A stretch of DNA of 64,000 bases from Anthoceros angustus (taxonomy: Eukaryota > Plantae > Anthocerotophyta): NCBI GenBank assembly GCA_010909165.1, contig MU008189.1, positions 124,001 to 188,000 on the forward strand. The letters are read 5' to 3'. The translations under genes and the position numbers were made by a program. Of the stretch, positions 35,919 to 48,562 are shown piece by piece. The notes under the pieces are model-generated. The model saw only the letters and a program-made list of their open reading frames with translations. It was not told where the DNA came from and did not search any database. The first letter of the stretch is position 1; each line of letters begins with the position of its first letter.

Positions 35919-37347
35919 GGTAGAAGTAAGGTAAAATAGTAATAGATGTCCGGTCAGGCGGACACGGCCCGCCAAATTTGAAGGCGGGCGGCACCCGCCG
36001 GTAGGTGTAGTGGACTGTAGGCTGTCGAGTGTCGGGCCCCGAGCGGGACGGCAAATTTGTAATCTGTGCTATATGGTTGTGAAGTGAAAGGAAAAACTGG
36101 GAAATTGAATTTAGGTGCAAAGAGATCCATGTATAGGATGCATGTATAGGTGCTTTGGAACGAAGAGATTCCCGGCGGCTGATGGGACAGGAGTTCGGGA
36201 AACCGGGTCTCGGTCCGGTCTCCGGCAACATAACAGGGACAGACAGAGGATGCCGCGAGGGTTAAATGTTGGGAAGGCCAAGGATCACGACTCAAGCCAC
36301 GATTCGGGGATTGGGATTCGCGATTCACGCGGCCTGGAGCGGGCCGGCCAGACTCCCTGCCAGTCCACGACGGTGGTGTCAGACTGTCTTCCTTCCTGCG
36401 CCTGCCTTCCTCGTGGCCGAGCTTCCTCGTGGGGAGTGAACTCGCGGCCTCTCACGACCCGACCCCTCGCTCGCTCCTTTCCTCGTCCCTTCCCAAGCCC
36501 CTTCGCCTCCGCTCAGCCCTGCCTTGCTCTGTCCCTGGCCCTGCCCCGCCCTGCCCTGCTCTGATCTGCGGCTGGCGTTTGGAGTCCTTCCTTCGCTCCT
36601 GCATCTTGCCGCCTGGTGCACGTTCTTGGAGCGGGAGCGGCGTCGGAGCCGTGCTGCTTCTTGATCGAGCCGACTTGAGCAATTCTGGAGCTTTCTGCAT
36701 TGCGGGGCTCTCAATTGCGCGGGAAGTGGAGGCGGAAGGGATGCGAGGCTCGGGCGCAGGGTAGAAGGCCGCAGAGCGCTTCTTCTGGAGGTGTTTGGTG
36801 CAGTCTTTGACCTGCTGAGGCTTCCGGGGAAGCTTGTCTTGATTTAGGCCTGACTTGCGCAAGGGTGCGGCGTGGTTCAAATTCGAAGCTGCCTTGCATT
36901 GCGAGTTGGAAAGCGTTTGAACTGGTTGCTGGAAGGGGGAGGGGTGGAGGATGCGGTTGCGGAGCTTGTTCTGAGAGGAGATTTGATGCGGAGGGAGGAG
37001 GAAAGAGGAAAGAGGGAGGAGCAGTGGTGGTGAGAGTGTTGGGAGTCGGGAAGTCAGGCCCGTTGCAGCGTCTTAGAGGCCAGGGGAAGGAAGGTATGGG
37101 AGTCGCACGTGAGGGGCACGAATCTCGAGGCGGCGAGAAGTGTATGACGACAGCAAGTCTTTTTGTGCGGAGATGGAAGGTTTGTGGAGGAGGGAGGGAC
37201 GCTGTGACTGTGAGTGTTTTATCCAGGTAGTAACCTGCAGGGGAGGAGTCTCTGGATATGTGCGCGTTGTTTGCATCTAGGTGGATGGATGCGCTTTAGG
37301 TTGTGACGTTTGCATCGGCGGTTAAGCCATCAGCGTCTTGGACGATG

Positions 37348-37503
37348 GGGGTCGATTCTTCCGAGAAAGGCATGGCTGATGTGTTGGAGGACCAGCGGGG
37401 GAAGAGCTTCAAGGATAAAGCGGGGTCGATTCTTCCGAGAAAGGCATGGCTGATGTGTTGGAGGACCAGCGGGGGAAGAGCTTCAAGGATAAAGCGGGGT
37501 CGA
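37348..37503 (+). repeat. Exact 74-bp tandem duplication spanning a remorin start codon
   Basis: ggggtcga microhomology at 37348, 37422 and 37496, with identical sequence between. Confidence 0.95.
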
Positions 37504-39444
37504 GGAAGGCAGGTGCCGCAGGAACGTTGCAGAGAACCGGGTCCGGGCCCGGGCTTGCGGGGGAGGATGAGCAGGACGTGATGCCGAGTGTTAGAGGCCC
37601 CGGCGGGGGCAAGGATGGGAGTGGTTTGAACAAGCAGAAGGCGGGAGGCAACGTGCGGCTGAATTTCCAGAGTGGGAGTGTGTTGACAGGTGCGCCTGGT
37701 GCCTTCAGCTTCAATGCGACTCATTTGATACGGGGGCCCGATTCCGATGCCCTCGACTGCGAGAGCAACTATGACACTGCCAGTGTCGCGAGCCTGGAGT
37801 TGAAGGGCAGAGGGATGCACCGCTCGGGATTGCTAGGCCCGCTCTCGAAGCCGACTCCGTCTAAGTGGGATGACGCCGAGCCGTGGCTGGTGAGCTTGTC
37901 TGTTGCCGACACCCCTGCCAGGCCTAAGGCGAAGAGCGGGCCTCTTCAGGGCCATCTCATCGTAGGGCAGCATCCGGCGCCGGTGCAGAAGAGGCCGACG
38001 TTTGGGAGCCATGGGGGGCGGCAGGGTGCTGCTGGCGGTGGCCAAAAGCTGGCTCCCTTGTCCAGTGCCTCCCATTCTGTGACCAGTGCCAGCAGTGATG
38101 CGCAGTCTTCGGGGGATGATCTCACCACTACAGGGGAGGATTCTGGGCAGTCGAGTGACCAACCGCCTCGCCCCTCCTTCGAGCGAACCAAGAAGGTGGA
38201 TACTCGGTACAGCTCGAGCCAAGGAGATGGTGGAGCCAAATTTACTTTCATGCCTGTCGCAGGCTCGATTGCGGCAGAGAACAAGACAGTGGATCGCTAC
38301 CCTTTGAACGACGTGCCAGGGAGGGGTCATGTTAGTAAGGCACAACAAGCAAGCCTGTCCTCGGATGACAACTCCAAGCCCACTCTCAGGACGGAGAAGC
38401 CAACATCAGACAACGTTTTAGAAGGTACTACCTCTTGGTTCTTTGCCCAGGCTTTCTGAACAGCAAAATGATGTGTATCTCCTTAACGTCTCCGTGTTGT
38501 GGCAGTCGATGTTCAAGCGGAAAACTGTGGGTATGATTCGTCCACGGTCACCGTCCGCTCTGTTTGTATGAGGGACATGGGAACAGAGATGACTCCCATA
38601 GCTAGCAAGACGGCAACGCCTCTGGCAGCTACTACGCCTACTTTAGGCAGCCCCTCATCGTCCCGTCCGTCGACTCCCAAGAGGCATGCGGCGAGATCGA
38701 CAACCGCAGTTCAAGGTTCTTTGGCCGGCCAGGCCATTGCAGAGACTGAAACCAAAGTCAGTGACCTGTCAGACAAACAAGTGAAGACAAGGCAGGAGAT
38801 TTTGGCGTTGGGAGCACAGCTCGGCAAGGCGAATATCGCTGCTTGGGCAACCAAGGAGTCTGAAGAAAATCAAGGCGCCAAGACCCTCACACTGCACAGC
38901 CTTCAGGAGGTGAAGAAGGATATCCTCGAGTCTCGTGCAACAGTGTGGGAAGAGGCGGAACGATCCAAATACTTGGCAAGGTATTGCAGCGCATCACAAA
39001 CCCATCGCGGTTCATTGTTCGTGAGGGTCGCCTTGTCCTTGAGACCCTTTATCCATGCTGATGTGTACGTCTGCGAGCAGATACACGCGTGAGGAGGCCA
39101 GGATACTGGCTTGGGAAAATCATCAGAAGGCCAAGGCTGAGGCTGAACTAAGAAGAATCGAGGTGTGCGGACCTCGTGGGTGAATCTCTTGCATAAAAAT
39201 TGCGAGCTTTCTTGGTTGCGATCTGACTGTTTGGATGGTGCAGGTGAAGATCGAGAGGGTGCGGTCACACGCTAATGAGAAGCTCATGTACAAGCTTGCA
39301 GCAGCACGGCGGCAGGCACAAGATATGCGAGCGTCGGCAGAGGCCCGTCGCGCTGAGCAGGCAGCTAGAACTCACGAGCGAGCCGATCGCATTAGGCGAA
39401 CTGGTAAATTTCCTGGCACCATTTTATGTGGCCTGTGCTCGTAG
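37446..39444 (+). CDS. Remorin with a long N-terminus (group 6-like), multi-exon
   Basis: PTPSKWDDAEPW, RSVCMRDMGTEMTPIAS, EILALGAQLGKANIAAWATKE, RATVWEEAERSKYLAR, ILAWENHQKAKAEAE, KIERVRSHANEKLMYKLA...IRRTGK. Confidence 0.9.
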
Positions 39445-39781
39445 TAGGCCTAATAAGCCTGCACTTTAGATAGGTAGCGAACTGTTTTGACTAGGTAGAT
39501 GGCCTGTACTATGTACTTGAGCAGTTTAATCATTGAGAAAAATCAGTATCCCGTCCATCGACCCTTTACAATCTGGTATGCGCCAAATGAACTTCGCAAG
39601 CAAGCGCATCTGGTTTCAGGGTTTATTCATCTTGTTTGAGGGTATGTCAGGGGCGGAGATAGGAAGATTGTATACGTGTCTTGTGTGCAACATCTGGCGG
39701 TACACGACGAAGAATGCAAAACCTAAATGAAAAACAAAAAATTGCCACAGACGGTTCGTCTAGGACATTTCCACGCTGCTC

Positions 39782-41986
39782 TCAGGGTCCTACAGGACTC
39801 ACATCCATGGGATAGCTTCCTAATACTCTGAGAAAAGTTGCGAACTCCTGCACAACATTACCGTTACATCAGAAGCCGCACATGGAGACGTCCAACCACG
39901 AACTGTCCAACGAAAGTTAACGTACCTGTAGATTACCCAGCGCATTCTGCGCCCTTGGATCAGCCATTGAGGCTTCAAAGTCGACATAAAACAGGTAGTC
40001 GAAGTACCTGCCAAAAAATTGCGTGACTTAAGGGCAAGTGTATGTTTTACACCAAGCAACACGGCACGGAATATAGCTGGGAAGAGTGGGTTACTTCGCA
40101 GAGCCATTGTTGCTGTCGTCCACAACACGTAGAGGACGCTTCCGTTGTGGCCTACTTTCAATCTGAAGAGTGGTCCCCAAAAACCAGAGAAGCAAAAAGT
40201 CATAACCCCTAGCGATGAATTTTCAAATGCCGTTTGCCATGTCCCGAAGTGGAACAAAATCAGGAGTGCAGGAATTGAAGACTCACCTTTGTGAGGTTCA
40301 CATTTCTGAGAGAAAAAGCCGCCAAAGCCTTAAAGAGAACACCTGGTCCTTCTTCAAGGGTGAACACGATGCTTGTCTGTACCAATAGAGAGACAACTGT
40401 CAGTCATGAGGCAGGCAGAGAGTTCCTAGCCACAAAGGAGGTGGAGACTTCTCAGTCACAAAGGCAGTCCAAGATGATGAGCAATATCAACGGGGAAGAG
40501 AAACGAGCCTTAAATGGCCTGTCGGTTCTTGGGATGATAGGCTCTCTCGCCAACATCAAGAAGCGCGTTACATTGTCAGAGTCGTCCTGCAGATGGAAAC
40601 AAGACCATCGAGTCAGACCAACAATGTTCTTATGCCTCAAAGACACTTCGCGAGCAGCCATCTGTCTCTAGCCAGCAGGACATCATTAGCACTGAAGGTA
40701 AAGAGAGCACCTGAATGCCATCAGCAAGAATATCTAGGCCGTAGATGACTGAAGCCCGGGAGCTTGCAACAGCACCTGTGTCCCGAAGATTATGAGCAGC
40801 AACGAACTGCGAGACAAAAGCGATTTGCAAATCAGCTGCCAGGAGCCGGGGGCATGCGGGCCTTACGTTGGCTGTGGTTCCACACAAGACATCTGTTTGA
40901 CATATGCTAGATTAGGCGAATGCACAGGTTTCTGCAAGGCATGGACCTGGGCTGCTCCTGCTGTGTCATCAACTGCCTCTCTTGTCACCCCCAACTTCGA
41001 GAGGGTCTGCTCACACTGCGCAAGCGCCTGCCACCCAAGCCACCAGCTCAGGGTACTAGGCACGAAAAAGATCTAGAAAACCAAGGCAAGAAACAAGATG
41101 AAACCAAAGGCCCAACCTGCGGATGACTGATGACACGACGCAACTCCTCTTTCTTTACACCGGGCATGCCAAGCAGACAATGGTGTACAGCAATCTGAAC
41201 TTCTCCCACAATGTGCAAGCGATGCCGCAGCAGCAGGTCGTAATTACGGTGGATGCTTCCGCCTAACGAGTTCTCAATAGGCAGCACGGCTCTGTCGACC
41301 AACCACAGCTCCACAGCCTGCGACCGCACAACGCTCACGGACATCAAGCACCGTAACAAACAGTGAAACCAGCCAGCCGACAGCAGACATCACCAAATAC
41401 CTGGAAGGCAGCCTCGAACTGCTCACAAGGAACCGCTTCGCACTGCGGGTAGGCCTTAGCAGCTGCAGCCTCACTGTAGGCGCCCGGAACTCCCTGCATG
41501 CACAACCTCCAATTCTCAACACAAATCATCCAGCACCGAGGGATCCATCACAGCCATGGTGAAATCTCATCACAAGTCGCACCTGGTAAGCCACTCTCAG
41601 CTGCGAGCCGTGCCGGGGAGGCAAGGCCAAATCCATCACCGACAGGGGCCCTGGCAAAGCACAGCATGGTGAGACGCATGCACAAGCACATCCACATGAC
41701 AACCTCTGTCCTAGGCCAAGGCTCGCCTCGCGCACTTACGAGGCAGAGTGACCAGATCCTTGGACGCAGGCTCCGGCAAGTCGTCTCCGCTGTCGGCGCC
41801 GAGATCCTCATCCGTCGGCTGCTCCACCTGATCCAGCTGCATCGCCGCAGTGCAATGCGGCAGCAGGACGGTGCATCGGCCCGGCCACGCAACCCGCCGA
41901 CAGGGCACAATCGCTGGCGCGGGCAGGCGCTCGGGCGTGAGGACTCGCGGAGTGGCCATGGCGCCGGCGCACAGGCGCAGCGCCAT
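39782..41986 (-). CDS. ADT: Arogenate/prephenate dehydratase, plastid, intron-rich ADT1/2-like
   Basis: [104 protein letters not shown]. Confidence 0.95.
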
Positions 41987-42517
41987 GGCAGAATGCCTGC
42001 CTGAGACGTCTCGACACCTCCTTCAGGCCTTGGCTAGCCACTCCACCATGTGTCCGGGCAGAGGCTGTCTTTGACAGCCTTCAAAGACAGCCTTGCTAGG
42101 ACAAAGGCTGTCGTATCGTTGCCAGCCTTCTTCAGTATGTTCCACAGCCGGTGAAACTCCCAACCCCGTCCCTTCCTCCCAGCTTCCAGTTTCGCTTCAT
42201 TGCTATCTACCTACCAACTCTTATGACGTTTTCTTTATGTGTTTGCCTTTGGTCTGATTTCTACATAGACTATATTGCTTTGTAGAACTCAATTTGTGAA
42301 TTACTTGAACCCAGGCTGTCAAGGGACCCCGAGACGGTGGATCCCACCACCTCGAGACGAAGATCAAAGCGCAATTACTCTGCAGTGAGACTTGTCCTCT
42401 GCGACCTCTATGCATATGTACACGGAGGCTGTAATGTGAAGCGTGGGTCAGGAGCAAATTAGCCAACGAGATTGAATTCAGACTGGTGTTAGCTGGGGCG
42501 AGTCTCCAAGAGCAGCA

Positions 42518-43712
42518 ATGGCTTTTAGGGGCGGTCGGGGCGGAGGCAGAGGCAGGGGCCGGTTTGGTGCTCGAGGGATTGGTCTTCCCGTGGCAAGAGA
42601 TGAATCCGGGAGCGTCATGGTTGCAGAGAAATTGGAAGGACCGCCTCCACTTTTTCCGGTAAGTTGGATGATTTGGGGTTTCAGGTTTCAGTGGCAGTTG
42701 CCCTGATGATGGTATTGTTTTTTTGTGTTGAGAATTAGGGTTTTGGTGGTCGGTGTAGCCGCAGAAATTGCCGGAGATTCCTGACTCCAAAAAATTGAGT
42801 GAGAGGGAGACGTACATCATAGTGAAAAAGAGGGCTTTGGAGGCTGCGTGGAATGCATCCCCTTACTACATCGAGGAGCCGAAGGACAATGTGGTGGCTG
42901 ATATTCTGCGCTACTCTGATCGATACAAGCCTGAGCTTAAACAGAAACGGGCACCTCTTAGTACCTTCTTGAAGCTAGTTCCTGCCTTCTTCCCGGCTGA
43001 GCTTTTAGGGCAAGGTTGGTGGCTTTTGTTGGCACTTGGCTTTTGTGGTTGCCGAGGTTTGTTGATTGGCTACTGTGTCTGTGTGCGGTGTGATTCTCTA
43101 ACTGATTGGCTTGCAGATCGTAGACGAACGCAAAGCACGAAGGCCGCTGCAACTTCTCAGTGGCTTTTGGACCCTGGGCTGCAAAGTGGCAAGAACGGTG
43201 AGATGATAACTGTGTAGTGGCAGCTTGGGCATTTTATCTGAGGGGACCTTGTGCAGCTCTTTATTATGCTTGTTGGTGAATGTAGATCGATTTGATCAGC
43301 TTCTATCACTGGAGGAGAAAGCCAAAACGCAAGATGATGTGAGTTGCCTTCCTCAACTTGCTTGCAGCATGGTTGACAAATTTCTTGTGTGGGCACGGAT
43401 GGTGCAGAATAGGTGGGCAGGTGCTGATTGTTTGTGTTGGACAGGGAGGCAAGGAACCTGGAGAGAAGCAGAAAAAGGAAGGAGAAGAAGAAGGTGAAGG
43501 GGATGATGAAGAAGCTGTAGATGAGGAAGACGATTTTGAAGATGATGACTATGCACAGGTACATCTTCATCTTTGACATTGTTGGAACATGTGAAACGAT
43601 TTGCATTGCATGCAATATGCTGATGCAGCTTTTCCGGCTATTGCAGATACATGGGTTTGATGATGATGATGACTATAATGTGGACATTGATGAGGGCGGA
43701 GATGATGGTTAG
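42518..43712 (+). CDS. RPC7: RNA polymerase III subunit RPC7/RPC31, multi-exon; last exon uncertain
   Basis: MAFRGGRGGGRG, PPPLFP, WNASPYYIE, ILRYSDRY, FFPAEL, followed by a highly acidic D/E tail. Confidence 0.8.
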
Positions 43713-46700
43713 CGTCCACTTCTCTCTTTGTTCTTCATCTCCAGTTTCATTTACTGTAACGGAGCAAGTGAACTTGATATTTCCTGTTCCCTGTGTCAGA
43801 GGGAGCAATATACTAGGCCTCATTCTACAGTCCTGCTGGGAACTTCTTCGAGGCCCTTGCTACAGTGAGATCAAGTCTGCATCCATATCAGACCTGCCAA
43901 TTTTTTGGGTCTCTGAGTGCAGGTGAATTCGTCCAGCTATACTCACAGGGCAACTAACTACCTGTATCAGTTTCTCTCTAAGCTCTCAAACTCTGGAACA
44001 ACAGATGTAGTTCATTTGAAGTTACTCAGCTGGGATTTACGAGTATTGCCCTGTCGTGAGGTTACCCAGCATCATCGAACCTGGCTCTTGGGTCTGCATA
44101 CCGAAGGCTTTGTGTGCTCATATGTTCCATCTTGTTGCAGGTATGGGCCACAGATCGATATGATTCAACTGAGTCCGGGAAAAGGAAGCAAAATAAGATG
44201 GCAAGGACTACGACAGCCCCCAGAAGTTTAAGGCTACTCCACAAAAGTGTGAGACAGCCAGCTACCAGGGAGGCTGGGAAACCTCGATAAGCAAAGTAGT
44301 CGAGGAAGTCAGTGCAGTGTTGGAGCCATCGGCCGCAGTCAGGAAGGGGTCCTTCAATCTCGAATTGAAAGTGAAATAGGGAGTGCAAGGATCCCTCATA
44401 TCTCGAGTTGAGAGTGAAAAGAGGAAGTCTAAGCTTCAGGTGTGGCGTCCTCACCTCTCCTAAGAGTTCTGTCTCCGTGTTGAAGCAAAGAGCACCTTTG
44501 AATCTGACTTCTTCTTTCATTACCTTGCCCTGCAGCATGCGAAAGCACAAAATGTACCCATCGTAGGGAGCTACAAATCACAAAGTGGAATCGATGCCAG
44601 CGACGGATGGAGACTTGACGAAGTAACCTCCTGGGATTGTGAGAAGAAATGACGCTGCCAGCAATATTTCTGCCGTGAACAGATTGTGCCAATAGCATGC
44701 CTTGATTTAGACGTGGATTAGCTTGCCCTGTGGATTAGTGGTTGTGTTATCCTCACCGGGATACCTACATTTTCTTTTTTCGCTCAATCTGTGCATGCAG
44801 TAGGTTGCCTTGCTGCTGTGCCATATCATGACGAACTTGTCAGATCCCCAGGTGAGCCCGGCTCCGAATCCTAGCCTGCTGTGGACACCATGTGCCCAGG
44901 CTTGAGGCGCCCGCTCCTCACAGCCTCGTCCAGACCGGCCAGAGGGATGGATGCATCAGCGTTGTCGTTGCCATATTTGCCCAGATTGGACCCTTTGGTG
45001 AGTGGTGCCCTGCATCCATTTGGATTGACATTGATGAGGGATCGGATTGTGATTCAATCTTCCGTCTTGCAATCAGCAGTCATTCAGTCATGTATCTTGC
45101 AGTCCTGTGTGGAGCCCTGCTCAGCATATCCTTTGATTATTGAGTTCCAAGCCACGAATCTTTGCTTGGCATCCTGTCGTAAATCGTGCAGGCCTCCCTC
45201 CTTGTCCAGCAAGCTCACCTCACATACGCGTACATATCTCAATCAGAAAGACGCTTCTGCTCCCCAAATGGTACACAATGTACGTATGTATTACACATCT
45301 TGTCAAGGTTCTACACTGACTTGTACATATTGTCGTGGAATCCTTGCAAGCACGTGCTCCCAGCCACAACGTTGCTCCTCAGCACCTTCCAAGTTCCTTC
45401 CCATGTGCACCGGCATACTGCACACTTTGAGAGCCAAGTGCTGTTACGTAGGCGTGCTGAAATAAAAATCTCGTGGATGATTGGAAGTTGCTGGCTGGTG
45501 ATGTCACCTAGAGTGTCACTCCCAATCCTTCATGACAAAGCAAGTCATAAGAGTGTTCCTTAGAACAGAATTGATATCCAAGATTGATACCCAAGTTGAT
45601 GTGGCAATCCTAGCAAGTTATAAATTGAAATCCAAGATTGGTTTCCGAGTTGCTGTGGTAATCCGGAGACTGGCATGAGGAGATACTTTGGGGAACTTTT
45701 GGCCTTGCAGAATCCACTACTTCCAATGGCGGCTAATATGAGCTTCATCAGACGTGCTTTGATTTCGGACACCCTCGCCCGGTACATCATAGGTAGCCAT
45801 ATTCAGTCTTCCTGGAGTAGACGAAGATGTGCTTTCTTGCAGGTGATTCGCTTAGGAGCAGGGTTATAGCCGAAGCAGGAGGCCTGTCCCGTAACAGAGG
45901 GGTAGGAGATGCCCAAGAAAGAGCTGGGTTGGGATAGGAACCTCATGAATAGAGACCCCCTTACTGAAAGTGCTCGAGGTGGTGAGATGGAGTTATTGTT
46001 ATGTCAAGGATGGGCTGCAGTCGAGCTTTTCCTGTTCCTAAGACGATGCTCCCATTCGACTCTGATCCCCGTTTTCTGAGTGATGGTTAACGTTCAAGCA
46101 CCGCCTGGCTGTCTGTCTGTGCAGCTAGCAACCCACAGATACTTACTGGTTCTATTTCTGGATGGGGCATTCTTCCGTTCTCCAGTTCTCCGCTGTCTGT
46201 CTAGTCGACATGTGGATGTGGAGATCATCAACGTCAGTACTGTTACCAACTTGTTTTCAATTACTGCTTGGGGCGTCAACATCTTCTTGATGCAGGTGCA
46301 AATGCTGGACATATTTTTGGTGGATGAACCTCTTCCAGGTCTCGTAGGTACGTGGCTTGGAGCAAAGCCCTTCTATTACTTTTGAGTAAGACTCGCTTTA
46401 AACTAAAGGCTCATTGCCCTGGATTCATGGGAGTAAGCATCTTTGAAGCACCTCCCTCCCAGATACCATATCCTCTCCACTGTAAGAAGCAGCTTAGACT
46501 TGTTCTGTGGATTAGTACTCACACAAGCCAGTTAAGGCTATGCATCCAGCAAGGGGTGTGTCACCTTCCGTACAAATAACACAAGACCAGTGCGGTCTTC
46601 TTCAAGCCCAGAAAATCTTTTGGGATATCAGGACTGTGAGAAGGGCTTGTCGAATTGCATAGTTCGATTTGTTGCTATCGAAGCAAGAACGTTGGGCCTG

Positions 46701-46870
46701 GCTATGGCGGGAAGCGTGGCTCGGGGGTTCAGGCGTCCTGTCCAGCCTGTTGATGGGTGTGGAAGCTTTAGGGTTTAGTGCTGGGTTTAGGTGTGAAGAG
46801 GTGATGAGCTTGATGATCAGGGAAGAGTGTTTTCCTTCAAGGGTTTGAAGGATAATCCCGGGCACTGGCT

Positions 46871-47845
46871 ATGGCGGGAAGCAGCGTGGCAGCTGAGTTG
46901 CCGCCGGGTGCTGTGCAGGCGTCGTGGAATCAGAGCGGCGAGAGGTTGGCTGTGGCATTTGACAGCGGCAGGATTCAGGTTTGGGATCAAGAGCAGGGTG
47001 GATTAGTGTGCAGCGGAGAGTGGCAGGCCCATGAAGCCAGCATTGTGAAGGTGGTGTGGGCTCCTCCCACTTGCGGGAACGTGGTAGCCTCCTGCTGCAC
47101 AGCCGGCAGCATCCGTGTGTGGGAGGAAACCAGCGAGGGGGACGATGGGGACGCCTGGACGCCATGCGCTTGCGTGCAGGAGGGATTTGCGGCGGTTCTG
47201 GACCTGCAGTTCGGGAATTGCCTGTCGGGGCTCAAGCTGGTTGCAGCCGGAGGGGACGGCCATGTCAAGGTGTACGAGACCACGGATGCGCTGTGCCTGA
47301 AGCAGTGGGAGCTGCAGGCGGATTTTCCCAACGTGCGCAGCGCCACGGAGGGGCTGGATAAGCTCAACTGCTCCGCGGCGTCCATTTCCTGGCGGCCTTC
47401 TTCTGGCCTGGCCCAGCAGCCTGTGTTTGTGGTCGGGTATGAGACTGACAACCTCGCCTACTGTGCGGCCAAGGTGTGGGAGTTCCTGGAGGTGCAGCAG
47501 CGGTGGCATCCCATCGCCGAGCTGGTGGAAGCAGACGAAGCCCCGGAAGCCGTTACCTGTGTGTCATGGGCCCCCAACATGGGCCGGCCTTACGACCTTG
47601 TGGCCGTGGCCAGCAGGTCTACCGTGGCCATCTGGCAGCTCTCCTTCCCGCAACAGCATGGTGGCAGGCCGTCAGTTCAGAGAGTGGCTCAGCTGTGTGA
47701 ACACGATGGCGAGGTCTGGGAGGCGGCCTGGGACATGGCTGGCATGACTCTTGCTACGTCTGGAGCGGATGGCCGTGTTAAGCTCTGGCAGTGCGGCTTT
47801 GATGGCTCTTGGCAGGCCAAGGGTATTGTTCAGGGCAGCCCGTAG
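46871..47845 (+). CDS. SEH1: WD40 nucleoporin SEH1, single exon
   Basis: WNQSGERLA, WQAHEASIVKVVWAPP, LKLVAAGGDGHVKVYE, VSWAPNMGRPYDLVAVA, HDGEVW..AWDMAGMTLATSGADGRVKLW. Confidence 0.88.
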   Translation: MAGSSVAAELPPGAVQASWNQSGERLAVAFDSGRIQVWDQEQGGLVCSGEWQAHEASIVKVVWAPPTCGNVVASCCTAGSIRVWEETSEGDDGDAWTPCACVQEGFAAVLDLQFGNCLSGLKLVAAGGDGHVKVYETTDALCLKQWELQADFPNVRSATEGLDKLNCSAASISWRPSSGLAQQPVFVVGYETDNLAYCAAKVWEFLEVQQRWHPIAELVEADEAPEAVTCVSWAPNMGRPYDLVAVASRSTVAIWQLSFPQQHGGRPSVQRVAQLCEHDGEVWEAAWDMAGMTLATSGADGRVKLWQCGFDGSWQAKGIVQGSP

Positions 47846-48562
47846 TTGCCCATCCCGCAAGACCTGCCTGGGCTCGACAGTGAGGGGGAAGGTATCCTGC
47901 CCCGCTGGTGAGCACTTTGTTGGAGCTCCAGTTCAACAAGATCATCACCTTAATTTCCGGATTGGGGAACCCGAGTGTCACTTGAAACCGCAGAAATTAG
48001 TGAGAAATTTGATGACATGAACACTCCCTGTAACGGTTGCTTTAGAGAACTCCGAAGTATGGAGCAGCCATTGGATCCCTTCAGCTGATCCTGGAGCAAT
48101 AGCCAAGGCTGAGCCACCTTTTAGTCTCGCAGCAGCAAAGCCCTCTCGAGCAGTTTCAGCCGAAGGTGCGGAGCCCATCTGCACAAATGTTGCAACTACT
48201 CCAGTACAAGGCTGCGTCTTTGTTTCGCTTGATACGGTTCCCCCGAGCTCCTTGAATCAACTCTCCCGGAGAAGACTTGTCGACAAACTGCCAAAGGAAA
48301 TTATCTGCAAAGGTCGTGTCTTCTGATCACCGAATGCAGCAACTTGTGACGCCCAAGTCCACACTTGTTGTGCAGTGGCCGTTGCACGAAGCGCAAGATA
48401 CACATCTACGTTACTCCATGGAATCTGCACACAAGACAGCGTCGTCTCCGAGTGGGATTCATGGTGCTCCAGGAGGCTACACCCACGAACGCTGAGGGCT
48501 GGTATCGATGATGACATGGAGGTGGGTGATCGAAGAGGACCATCACACTGGGTTGTAACCTA

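Noticed and set aside
35954-37230. Several 110-150-aa ORFs upstream of the remorin
   Set aside because: GC-rich promoter, 5' UTR or intron sequence; no family signal.
44062-44698. Minus-strand 162-aa and 89-aa ORFs
   Set aside because: No recognisable motif or convincing start and splice structure.
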